Below, in pieces: positions 37,119 to 46,501 of a stretch of DNA of 62,163 nt. The notes below the pieces were generated by a model that worked only from the letters and a program-made list of their open reading frames with translations, was not told where the DNA came from and searched no databases. Made by a program: the position numbers and the translations under genes. The DNA comes from a virus. Lineage: Duplodnaviria > Caudoviricetes. The DNA is taken from the IMG/VR virus record IMGVR_UViG_3300013126_004346, positions 1-62,163 of that record. The stretch is one strand, 5' to 3'. Each line of letters starts with the position of its first letter. Position 1 is the stretch's first letter.

Positions 37119-38104
37119 AAATAGCTTATTTAGATTTAAATGAAGATGATCTTATAGAGGATTATTCGTTAACTCCAAATAAATATGGAGGAGGAAGGAT
37201 TATAGCGGCAAGTCTTTTGGATAAATTAAAAGATTTTTTTATATACTCTAATATTAAATCGTTTGACAATATAGACGATAATAAAAAAAATCAATGCTTT
37301 AGTCTAGATTTAAATTCTAGAAGAGCAATTAAATCTGGACTACCTTTAAAAAATTATATAAAAAATGCAGATGAATATGATATATTTTTTCATCATCATG
37401 CTGATGTTTTCTTAAATTTAGAAAACTGCAAAAGTCAAAAACAGGCTGTATGGCCTGTTGGCTGGGCAGAAACGGTGCATTCAAAAACAAAAAACATTTT
37501 ATTGTTTGATCCAGAAGTTCAGGCTACGAAATATTCAGAATTTGCAAAAATATATAAAATAGTAATTGGACCTAGATTTGAAAAATTTCAAGAATACAAA
37601 AAAGAAGATTTTATTTTTCAATGCTCAAGGCACTGTAACGAATATCAATCAATTCAGTTAGCTCAATTATGTAATAAACATAATATTAAAATATATTTTG
37701 CTGGCCCAATAGTCCCAGGATACGAATTATTAAATTTTATAGACAATAAAAATAGTTTTTATTTAGGCTCAATATCTCAAGAGATAAAAATTGCTTTTAT
37801 GAAAAAAAGCAAATTCAACGCTCAATTGCAAACTTATCCGATATCGGCTACTTTAACTGGAAAAGAGTGCTCCAGCTATGGAGTTTCAATTATGGCTTCA
37901 GAAATCGGAGGGTGGAAAAATTATATAAAACATGGAATAAATGGATTTTTTATAAGAAATGAAAATGATTTTTTCAACGCATGGGAAAATAGAGATAAGA
38001 TAAAACAAAAAGATTGTTACGAACTTGGATTAGAACATTCCGAAGAAAATATGATTGCTTTAGTGATTCAATCTTTGACAAACATTTTAAATAATGAAAA
38101 TTAA
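37115..38104 (+). CDS. GT4-like glycosyltransferase
   Basis: YGGG N-terminus, ECSSYGVSIMAS..GG...IKHGINGF. Confidence 0.75.
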   Translation: MKIAYLDLNEDDLIEDYSLTPNKYGGGRIIAASLLDKLKDFFIYSNIKSFDNIDDNKKNQCFSLDLNSRRAIKSGLPLKNYIKNADEYDIFFHHHADVFLNLENCKSQKQAVWPVGWAETVHSKTKNILLFDPEVQATKYSEFAKIYKIVIGPRFEKFQEYKKEDFIFQCSRHCNEYQSIQLAQLCNKHNIKIYFAGPIVPGYELLNFIDNKNSFYLGSISQEIKIAFMKKSKFNAQLQTYPISATLTGKECSSYGVSIMASEIGGWKNYIKHGINGFFIRNENDFFNAWENRDKIKQKDCYELGLEHSEENMIALVIQSLTNILNNEN

Positions 38105-39122
38105 TTTTTATGATGATGATAATAGATCTTTAACGGATCCAAACTATTTTAAAAAAATGAATAGTTTTGGAGTGGTAGCTTTTAATATGAATAAAGCCTT
38201 AAAGCAAATCGGATTCTACGGAGAACTAGACGAGGCAGATTGGGTTGGAAAATGCGGTTCATTAGACCCATTTTTTCAATATAAAGATAAAAAAAGTTTT
38301 TATATAAATGTTTGGGAGACAAATAATACAATCCCACATTATTTATTAGATAACGCAAGAAATAAAATAATTTTTGGACTATCAGAAAAAATAACAAATA
38401 TCTGGAAAAAGTATGGATTTAAATCAGAAACAATTTATGCAGGATGCGACACCGAATATTGGCAACAATCAAAGGAAAAGAATAAAAATCAATTTATATT
38501 TTGTCACGTTAATCATTCTACAGTAAGAAGCGCTTTAGAATTAACAGTACAAGCCTTTATTAAGGCTTTTAAATCTAATGAGAATGTCAAATTAATAATT
38601 AAAGATCATCCAGAAAATAAAATTTTTCATGATTATATAAAAAGCTTTAATTGTAAAAACATCGAGTACATTTTTGAATTTTGGGAAGCGGATAAAATTA
38701 AAGATCTATATAGCGAAAGTCATGTAACATTAAATGTTTTAAGGTCGGCCAGCTTTGGAATGCCGCTTCTCGAATCTTCTGCATGTAATAGTCTATGTTT
38801 AACTGGAAATGTCAGTCCAACTAATGAAATAGTAAATTCTAGTTTTGCGGCAATGATAGAATCAAACGGCGAAATACCCGTATATCCATATATTGAAGAA
38901 GCCGAAGTTAGATTCGGATTAAAAAATTATTACGGCAGATTTTCTTATCCAGAAATACCTTATTTTTGGAATTTTGATGTGGATATTTATTCTCAAAAAA
39001 TGTTAGAGATTTATAATAATTGGTCTTTGTATGAAAAATTAGATAAAAGAACTCCAGTTGTAAAAAATTGGAAATGGGAAAATTCAGCTAAAAAGCTAGT
39101 TTCAGTATTGCAAAATTATTAA
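38094..39122 (+). CDS. GT4-like glycosyltransferase
   Basis: VWET, RSASFGMPLLESSAC, WKWENSA. Confidence 0.82.
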   Translation: MKINFYDDDNRSLTDPNYFKKMNSFGVVAFNMNKALKQIGFYGELDEADWVGKCGSLDPFFQYKDKKSFYINVWETNNTIPHYLLDNARNKIIFGLSEKITNIWKKYGFKSETIYAGCDTEYWQQSKEKNKNQFIFCHVNHSTVRSALELTVQAFIKAFKSNENVKLIIKDHPENKIFHDYIKSFNCKNIEYIFEFWEADKIKDLYSESHVTLNVLRSASFGMPLLESSACNSLCLTGNVSPTNEIVNSSFAAMIESNGEIPVYPYIEEAEVRFGLKNYYGRFSYPEIPYFWNFDVDIYSQKMLEIYNNWSLYEKLDKRTPVVKNWKWENSAKKLVSVLQNY

Positions 39123-39131
39123 AATAAATTT

Positions 39132-40178
39132 ATGATACATTTATTTGAAGCAGACCCAAGATTTTATAACGATCCGACTTTCGAGGAGAATCATGGTTCT
39201 TTTTCAGTTATAAACTACGGCATAAATAATGCTCTAAAAAAAATTAATTTATATTCAGATATTGATTCAGCGGAATATGTTGGAATACCAACGAGTTTAG
39301 ATTTTAATTTTAATTATAAAAATAAAAAAATCTTTTATATTACAGTTTGGGAAACAATTAATAAATTAACAAATTATCATATAAATCATTTATCAAATAA
39401 AAATACTTATCTATTTGGCATGAGCGATCAAATAACTAATCTTTATTTAAAAGAAAACATAAGATGTAAAACTCTTCATTGTGGTTGCGATTCAGATTTT
39501 TGGCATCAAACAAAACCTAAAAATGAAATATTTACTTTTTTACATATAAATAGCAGCAACGTTAGATCTGGTTTAGATCTTACATTACAAGCATTTCATA
39601 TGGCATTTCAAAATAACCAAAATGTTCAACTTATTATTAAAGATACAAACGCAAATGTCGATACTCTAAAACAAAGAATTAACGAGTTTGTTCAAAAAGG
39701 AACAAATATTAAATATATTTCAGAAAGAATGGGAAAATCTCAAATAAGAGATTTATACTCTAGCTCTCATGTAGGATTAAATTTATTAAGAATGACATCT
39801 TGGGGTTTTCCGCTTCACGAAATGTCAGCATGTAATTGTTTGTCATTAACAGGAGATTTTGAACCAACGAATATATTAATAAATAAAGACTATGGAGTTT
39901 TATTAAAACCAAGCCGAGAAGTAGAAATTATAAATAAATTATCAGAACTTGTAAATTATTGGGGCCTATTAAATTGTTATTCAGGATTTAATTATTCCGA
40001 AAGTCCAAGATTTTATGATTTTAATATAGAAGAATATGCTAATTTAATAAAAAATATTTATGAAAATTGGAATTTTTATAGTAAAATTGATACAAGAAAT
40101 CCCATAATAGATAAATGGAAATGGGAATATACAGCTAAAAATTTAATTCTAGGGTTAAAAGAATATGATAACATTTAA
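39132..40178 (+). CDS. GT4-like glycosyltransferase (tandem paralog of the upstream gene)
   Basis: VWET, RMTSWGFPLHEMSAC, WKWEYTA. Confidence 0.82.
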   Translation: MIHLFEADPRFYNDPTFEENHGSFSVINYGINNALKKINLYSDIDSAEYVGIPTSLDFNFNYKNKKIFYITVWETINKLTNYHINHLSNKNTYLFGMSDQITNLYLKENIRCKTLHCGCDSDFWHQTKPKNEIFTFLHINSSNVRSGLDLTLQAFHMAFQNNQNVQLIIKDTNANVDTLKQRINEFVQKGTNIKYISERMGKSQIRDLYSSSHVGLNLLRMTSWGFPLHEMSACNCLSLTGDFEPTNILINKDYGVLLKPSREVEIINKLSELVNYWGLLNCYSGFNYSESPRFYDFNIEEYANLIKNIYENWNFYSKIDTRNPIIDKWKWEYTAKNLILGLKEYDNI

Positions 40179-40863
40179 TTTTAAACATCCAATTCATTCA
40201 GATTACTCTAATGAGTTAAAAAATTTTTATAATATATTTTCAAAATATGTAAAATCGAACGATTGGGCGATTGATATTGGCGCCGGAGTAGGTGACACTA
40301 CGTTAGTTTTGGGCGAATTAGTAGGTGAAGGAGGTAAAGTCATTTGTCTTGAACCATCAATAACCTATGATTTACTTATAAAAAATATACAAATTAATAA
40401 AGATTTTATTAAAAGAATACAACCCTACAAAATTGGTGCGTATAATAGATATTGTATAAAGAAAATTGTTACAAGTCCGCAAAGAGATAATGGGGGTATT
40501 GTAGACGATTTATTTTCTTCGGAAGGAAGAAATAATAGATCAAATGGATATGATATTGATGTAGTAAATATGAATAATTTTTTATTTGAAAGATATTCAG
40601 AGGAAGAGAGATCAAGGATAAAATTCATAAAAATAGATACCGAAGGACTAGATTTTTTAATATTAAATAATTTAAGGCCGTTTATAAATAAATATAAACC
40701 AATAATATTTATTGAATGGTGGAATAATGAGTTGCTATCTGACGTTATATTTGATATAATTAATCAAATAAATTATAATTCAATTAGGGATGACAATTTT
40801 CAAAAAACAGGACCAGAAGAATTTCCTCAAAGGGCTCAAAATTTAATTTTAATACCACAATGA
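40165..40863 (+). CDS. FkbM-family methyltransferase
   Basis: IDIGAGVGD, LEP, FIKIDTEGLD, PIIFIE. Confidence 0.88.
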   Translation: MITFNFKHPIHSDYSNELKNFYNIFSKYVKSNDWAIDIGAGVGDTTLVLGELVGEGGKVICLEPSITYDLLIKNIQINKDFIKRIQPYKIGAYNRYCIKKIVTSPQRDNGGIVDDLFSSEGRNNRSNGYDIDVVNMNNFLFERYSEEERSRIKFIKIDTEGLDFLILNNLRPFINKYKPIIFIEWWNNELLSDVIFDIINQINYNSIRDDNFQKTGPEEFPQRAQNLILIPQ

Positions 40864-42023
40864 ACTGGCCTCTAAATATAAATAATTTTACATTTCTTGA
40901 TAGATTAAAAATATGTCAATTTATATTAAATCCTAAAAATAGATGGACACAGGATACTCAAGTAAAAAAGATAGAAAAAGCTATGGCAAATTTTGTAAAT
41001 TCTAAATACTCAGTTTTTGTTTCTAATGGATCAACAGCAAATACAATATTAAGTCAATATATTAAAGACTCGACAAATAAAAATGTAATAGTTTTCCCCT
41101 CGACAACATGGCAAACCTCATGCTCTCCATGGATAAGAGAAGGATTTATGCCACATTTTATAGACATTTCTTTAGAAGATTTTTCAATTAATAAAAAAGA
41201 ATTATTAAAATTTGTAGAAAAAAATCATAAAAAAATAGCTTGTATTTTTCCAACTTCCTTAATTGGATTTTGTCCAGATATAGATTTTTATTTAGAATTA
41301 GAAAATAAATATAATATAAAAGTCATGTTTGATAATTGCGAAAATACTTTAGGAGATTTTAGGGGAAAAAATATTTCTTCATATTTTACTTCTACTACTT
41401 CGTCATATTTTGGGCACCAAATTCAATCCATAGAAGGAGGATTTATTTTTACTAATTCATTAAAAGAATATGAATATTTTCTAATGCAAAGAAACCACGG
41501 TATGACTAGAAGTTTAAAAGCTTATGGATTAAACCCTGCGAACTACATAAATAAGAACGTGGATGAATTATTTGATTTTTATAGTTTAGGAAGTAATTTT
41601 AGAAATACAGATTTAAATGCTTTTATTGGATTATTAGATATTAACAGAATAAATACATATAAAGAAAGAAGGATTAATTTATATAAATTATATAAATCAT
41701 TATTAGACAAAAATAAATTCTATTTACCGCCAGAAAGAGAACATTGTCAAGATGTGGCTTTTTGTCTACCGATTATTGTTAAAAATCAAAATAAGTTTTT
41801 ATATGAAAAAGCTTTTAATTTATGTAAAGAAAAAGGAATAGAGTATAGACCAATTATTTCTGGTTTTCTTGGATATCAAACATGCTATAAAAAATTTATG
41901 AAAAATCATAATAAATATAGAAATTCAATATATTTACATAACTATGGTTTTTATGTAGGTTTATATTCTAGCCTTCAAGAAAAGTGTATAATAGATTTTG
42001 CAAATAAATTAAACAAACTATAA
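40860..42023 (+). CDS. DegT/DnrJ-family PLP enzyme, ColD-like 3-dehydratase
   Basis: VSNGSTAN, DNCE, SSYFGHQIQSIEGG (His in place of the catalytic Lys), RNHG, YRPII. Confidence 0.82.
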   Translation: MNWPLNINNFTFLDRLKICQFILNPKNRWTQDTQVKKIEKAMANFVNSKYSVFVSNGSTANTILSQYIKDSTNKNVIVFPSTTWQTSCSPWIREGFMPHFIDISLEDFSINKKELLKFVEKNHKKIACIFPTSLIGFCPDIDFYLELENKYNIKVMFDNCENTLGDFRGKNISSYFTSTTSSYFGHQIQSIEGGFIFTNSLKEYEYFLMQRNHGMTRSLKAYGLNPANYINKNVDELFDFYSLGSNFRNTDLNAFIGLLDINRINTYKERRINLYKLYKSLLDKNKFYLPPEREHCQDVAFCLPIIVKNQNKFLYEKAFNLCKEKGIEYRPIISGFLGYQTCYKKFMKNHNKYRNSIYLHNYGFYVGLYSSLQEKCIIDFANKLNKL

Positions 42024-42025
42024 AA

Positions 42026-42832
42026 ATGAATAATATTTATTGGGGTTGGTTAGGAGGATTAGGTGGTCCCGATTGCGGAATTGGAGATTTTATTTCTCAA
42101 TTACCAGGCATAGATTATTATTCTTTAGATTTAGAATCACAATTATATTTTGAAATTGCAAATGCAAAATTTGAATGTCTTGTACCAAAAAGAAAAAATA
42201 TTTTTATAGTTAAAGATAAACTTCAGCATCCAAATACCATTATTCCTAATCATACGAATTGGAATAATCATTGTACAGCAGTATGGCTACCTCAAATAGA
42301 AAAGTTTAAAGGAAATTGGTCTCAAAAAAAAGAAAATTTTGCATATCCATATTTACCGATAGACTTAAATTTAAGAAATCATTTGTTATTTAAATTAAAT
42401 CTAAACGATAAAAAATTTATAACCTTGAATAAGATTGCTTATCATGCTCAAAGAAATTGGAATGAAGAAGGTTGGAATTATTTAATAAAATTATTACATA
42501 ATTTAAATTATTCTATAGTTAATATAGGATTAAAAAATTCCCTAAAAAATTCTATACAATATACTTTAAATGAAAATGTAATAGATATTGAAGATTTTAA
42601 TTTAGATTTGAATGAAATTGGCCATGTAATGTCTGCATCTGAAGCGTGTATTTCTGTAAATTCCGGACTCTTTCATTTAGCAACGACTTTTCAAACCAAA
42701 CATGTTATAGTAATTTCTAACATGAATTTACCGGACTGTCCATTTTGGATGTACCCAAACACCAAAGAACTAAATATGGAAGATCCAATAGAATCTATTG
42801 GAAATAATATATTAGATATATTATCTAAATAA
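42026..42832 (+). CDS. GT9-like glycosyltransferase
   Basis: GIGDF, QRNW, ISVNSGLFHLA. Confidence 0.75.
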   Translation: MNNIYWGWLGGLGGPDCGIGDFISQLPGIDYYSLDLESQLYFEIANAKFECLVPKRKNIFIVKDKLQHPNTIIPNHTNWNNHCTAVWLPQIEKFKGNWSQKKENFAYPYLPIDLNLRNHLLFKLNLNDKKFITLNKIAYHAQRNWNEEGWNYLIKLLHNLNYSIVNIGLKNSLKNSIQYTLNENVIDIEDFNLDLNEIGHVMSASEACISVNSGLFHLATTFQTKHVIVISNMNLPDCPFWMYPNTKELNMEDPIESIGNNILDILSK

Positions 42833-42871
42833 ATTTTAGAATTTTTATAAAAAATATTTATAATTAATTTA

Positions 42872-43222
42872 ATGGATAGAGTAAATAAAATTAGTGAACT
42901 CTTACTGGAAGAAATTTCTGAAAGATTTGATAAAGAGCCTTTGGATATTAAAGATTTAGAATTTAGCGAAACTTTTGCAGAAATTTTAGATAGATTTATA
43001 GTTTTGCATATTAGAATGTGGAAATTAGAAGACGCCGCAGGGCAAACGGCAACGGATTCTGAATTAGCAGATATTAAAAGAAAGGTAGATTACTGCTTCA
43101 AAGACAGAAGGCCCAAACTAATAAAAGCTATAAATAGTTTTTTAGATATTTATATAAGCAAAAATCATACTAAAATATTTTCTGAAGAAAATGTTAAATT
43201 GTATCAAGGATTTAAAAATTAA
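42872..43222 (+). CDS. DUF4254-like helical protein
   Basis: AEILDRFIVLHIRMWKLED...R..LIKAIN. Confidence 0.55.
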   Translation: MDRVNKISELLLEEISERFDKEPLDIKDLEFSETFAEILDRFIVLHIRMWKLEDAAGQTATDSELADIKRKVDYCFKDRRPKLIKAINSFLDIYISKNHTKIFSEENVKLYQGFKN

Positions 43223-44274
43223 TGAAAAAAATAATTATAACTGGCGTAACAGGACAAGACGGATCTTATATGGTAGATTTTTTATTAAAGAATACAGATT
43301 ATATGATTTATGGAGTTAGGCGCAGATCTTCAAATCCAAATTTAATAAATGTAAAACATAATATAGAAAATCCAAGATTTAAATTTATTACCGCAGATCT
43401 TTCAGATAGTAATTCTATAGATGAAATAGTAAAAGAAATAAAGCCAGATTATTTTATTAATTTCGCAGCCCAATCGTTTGTTGGAAGCAGCTGGCAAATT
43501 CCTCTTCAAACATTTGATGCCACGGCATTAGGAGTTTTAAGATGTTTAGAAGCTATAAGAAAATATGCTCCAAAGTGTAGATTTTATTCTGCTGGTTCTA
43601 GTGAAGAAATGGGAGATGTTTTATATAGTCCGCAAAATCTTGAACATCCTATTAGGCCAAGAAGTCCCTATGGTGCGGCAAAAGCGGCGGCAAGACACAT
43701 AACAAAAGTTTATAGGGAATCTTATAATCTTTTTGCAATTCATTCGATACTTTATAATCATGAAAGCGAAAGGAGAGGCGAGGAATTCGTAACAAGAAAA
43801 ATTACAAGAAATGTAGCAAGAATAAAATCTGCTATAGATCATAATTTAAAATTTGAACCTCTTGAACTAGGAAATTTAGACGCAAAAAGAGATTGGAGTC
43901 ATGCAGAAGATTTTGTAGAGGGAATATGGTTAATGTTAAATCAAGACAAACCTAAAGAATATATTTTATCTTCTGGAGAAACCCACACAGTAAGAGAATT
44001 CGTAGAAAAAGCTTTTGCAAAAGCTGGAATTAATGGCAAATGGGTACATGTTGATGACGGAGACGCAGGTGAAATTTTTTGCATAGAAAATAGAAATGGC
44101 ATATATGATATATTAATGAAAATAAATCCTAAATTTTATAGACCCGCAGAAGTAGATTTATTACTAGGTGACGCAACAGAGGCTAAAAAAGATTTAGGCT
44201 GGTTACCAAAAGTTTCATTTGACAAATTAATTGAAAGAATGGTAATATCAGATATTGAAAATTACAAACCATAA
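43222..44274 (+). CDS. gmd: GDP-mannose 4,6-dehydratase
   Basis: TGVTGQDGSY, AAQSFV, PRSPYGAAK, NHES.RRG..FVTRKI, RDWSHA, RPAEVD. Confidence 0.96.
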   Translation: MKKIIITGVTGQDGSYMVDFLLKNTDYMIYGVRRRSSNPNLINVKHNIENPRFKFITADLSDSNSIDEIVKEIKPDYFINFAAQSFVGSSWQIPLQTFDATALGVLRCLEAIRKYAPKCRFYSAGSSEEMGDVLYSPQNLEHPIRPRSPYGAAKAAARHITKVYRESYNLFAIHSILYNHESERRGEEFVTRKITRNVARIKSAIDHNLKFEPLELGNLDAKRDWSHAEDFVEGIWLMLNQDKPKEYILSSGETHTVREFVEKAFAKAGINGKWVHVDDGDAGEIFCIENRNGIYDILMKINPKFYRPAEVDLLLGDATEAKKDLGWLPKVSFDKLIERMVISDIENYKP

Positions 44275-44593
44275 ATTATGTCAATTTATAGTTAAAAAAT
44301 TTATTACCAAAAATATTGATTGGCCAAGAGAAATAAAAATAGCTCAAAAATTAATCAAGATTTATCCAGAATATATATTTTGGAATAGTTTAAAATTTAT
44401 TACATTACCAAGCTTAGCTTGGTTTTTAACGAAGGATGGTGAAAATTTTCTAGCTATAGAAAAGAAAAAAGAGCAATTAGATATAAAAAGAATTAAATTT
44501 AAATTAAATAAAATCAAAGTTTTTGAGGATAAAAAAGTTTGCCAAAAACCAAAAAACGTGCTAGAATTTATAAGATATGGGAAGAAAACCTAA
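44255..44593 (+). CDS. hypothetical protein
   Basis: 112 aa; TTG start just after TTGACA (44219)-18-TAATAT. Confidence 0.6.
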   Translation: MKITNHKLCQFIVKKFITKNIDWPREIKIAQKLIKIYPEYIFWNSLKFITLPSLAWFLTKDGENFLAIEKKKEQLDIKRIKFKLNKIKVFEDKKVCQKPKNVLEFIRYGKKT

Positions 44594-45722
44594 AGAAGAA
44601 GTTCAACAACAATCTGTTGGTCCTAGCGCATCAGATAGACTTCTTTCCTTTTTAAAGGAAAATAAAGAAGATCATTATAATTTTGAAGATGAAGTTTATT
44701 ATAAAGTATCAACCGGAAGCCTTAATCTAGATATCGCGACAGGCGGTGGCCTATCTCCTGGACTACATAGGTTCATCGGAATGAATGAAGGTGGTAAAAC
44801 TTCTGAAGCACTTGAGGTCGCGAAAAATTTTCTTAAAACAATTAATGGTTCAAGGGCCTTACTTTTTAAAGCCGAAGGAAGATTAAGCAAAGAAATTAAA
44901 GATCGGTCAGGATTAAAATTTGTTACAAACCCATCTGAATGGGTAGATGGAACGTGCTTTGTTTTTGAATGCAATATATTTGAAACAGTTTCAGAATTAA
45001 TGAAAGATCTAATTCAATCTAATGATGAAAATAAAAAGTACATTTTTATTCTTGATTCGGTTGATGGTCTTATTACGAAAGGGGATAAAGAAAAAACTTT
45101 AAGTGAAGCGACTAAGGTAGCGGGTGGAGCAGTCATATCTTCAATGCTTATGAAAAAAATTTCGCTTGCATTATCAAAGCGTGGACATATAGCAATATTT
45201 ATTAGTCAAGTTCGTTCTGATATTAAACTTGATCCATATGCCGCAAATAAAGATGTAAGACAAACTACAGCTACTGGCGGGAATGCATTATTACATTTTG
45301 CTAATTGGATTCTTGAATTTGAACCTCGTTATAATAAAGATCTTATTCTTGAAAAACCAAATGAAAAATATGACGCGGTAAAGAATAAAATCATTGGACA
45401 TAATGTAAAAATTGGCATTAAAAAATCAACAAATGAATCTACAAATTCTAAAGTTCAATATCCAATTAAATATGGTAGAAAAGAAGGTTCATCGGTTTGG
45501 AAAGAATATGAAGTAATTGATCAAATTTTATCTTGGGAATTTGCAAGCGCTAAAGGAGCATGGGTTACGTTCTCTGATGAAATTATTGAAGAACTTAAAA
45601 AATCCAACATTGAACTTAAAAAACAACATCAAGGTATTGACAACTTAAGATCCTATTTAGAAGAAAATAAAACAATAACTGATTATTTTTACGACAAATT
45701 TATTAAGACTCTTGCATCATGA
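44577..45722 (+). CDS. RecA/UvsX-like recombinase
   Basis: STGSLNLDIATGGG, GMNEGGKT, ILDSV, FISQVR, TGGNAL, GAW. Confidence 0.88.
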   Translation: MGRKPKEEVQQQSVGPSASDRLLSFLKENKEDHYNFEDEVYYKVSTGSLNLDIATGGGLSPGLHRFIGMNEGGKTSEALEVAKNFLKTINGSRALLFKAEGRLSKEIKDRSGLKFVTNPSEWVDGTCFVFECNIFETVSELMKDLIQSNDENKKYIFILDSVDGLITKGDKEKTLSEATKVAGGAVISSMLMKKISLALSKRGHIAIFISQVRSDIKLDPYAANKDVRQTTATGGNALLHFANWILEFEPRYNKDLILEKPNEKYDAVKNKIIGHNVKIGIKKSTNESTNSKVQYPIKYGRKEGSSVWKEYEVIDQILSWEFASAKGAWVTFSDEIIEELKKSNIELKKQHQGIDNLRSYLEENKTITDYFYDKFIKTLAS

Positions 45723-46138
45723 GGTTATTAAATATTAACGGTAAACTCGTTAATAAAAACATAAGAAAGTGTTTAGTTAATTGGGAAGGAAAAAGTAGAA
45801 GTAAACTACAATTTAAATTCAAACAATTTTTTTATCCATATTGGAAAAATCATATAGTTTACGAGGAGTTTCCAGTATACGGAACAATGCTTAAAGTCGA
45901 TTTTTTAAATGCAACAAAACGGATAGCAGTCGAGATACAAGGCAATCAACACGAATCCTTTAATGAATTTTTTCATGAAAGCTCAAGGCTTAAATATCTT
46001 CAAAGCATAAAAAGAGATGTTCAAAAAGAAAAATGGCTAGAAATGAATGATTTTAAATTCTTAGAATTGTATGAAAGTGACCTCAAAAACTTAACACCAC
46101 AATATATAGAAGAAAAGTGCGGAATATTGATCATTTAA
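45719..46138 (+). CDS. PD-(D/E)xK endonuclease (DUF559/Vsr-like)
   Basis: EEFPV..VDF....IAVEIQGNQH...RD..K. Confidence 0.75.
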   Translation: MRLLNINGKLVNKNIRKCLVNWEGKSRSKLQFKFKQFFYPYWKNHIVYEEFPVYGTMLKVDFLNATKRIAVEIQGNQHESFNEFFHESSRLKYLQSIKRDVQKEKWLEMNDFKFLELYESDLKNLTPQYIEEKCGILII

Positions 46139-46150
46139 GTGTAAAAGCTT

Positions 46151-46453
46151 GTGGTGACGAATAAAAAAAAGTTTAATTTTCCTAATAATCTTCTTAAACA
46201 ATTAGATGAATGTAGTTTTGGTGGATATATTTTATTTAATTTTAACTCAAAAGGAGACCCGCAGGTTTTTACAAAATTTGACAATCAAATGAATGCTATG
46301 GCATTATTATATTATGTTGGATCTTGGATTAGCACGGTAGATCAAATTAATATGGATGCAACAGCTGATGCGATTTTAAGGCAAGATGATAGAAATAATG
46401 GCGACAATTTAGATGATTTAGATGGTGATGATCAAGACGAAAAAAACACATAA
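46151..46453 (+). CDS. hypothetical protein with an acidic tail
   Basis: GTG start(s) after GTGTAA at 46139. Confidence 0.7.
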   Translation: MVTNKKKFNFPNNLLKQLDECSFGGYILFNFNSKGDPQVFTKFDNQMNAMALLYYVGSWISTVDQINMDATADAILRQDDRNNGDNLDDLDGDDQDEKNT

Positions 46454-46462
46454 ATAGCAAAC

Positions 46463-46491
46463 TTGACTTTAATTTTAAAAATTGGTAAGAT
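46463..46491 (+). promoter_or_regulatory. sigma70-type promoter for the replication operon
   Basis: TTGACT-17 bp-TAAGAT with an extended -10 TG. Confidence 0.65.
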
Positions 46492-46501
46492 ATAATATAT
46501 A

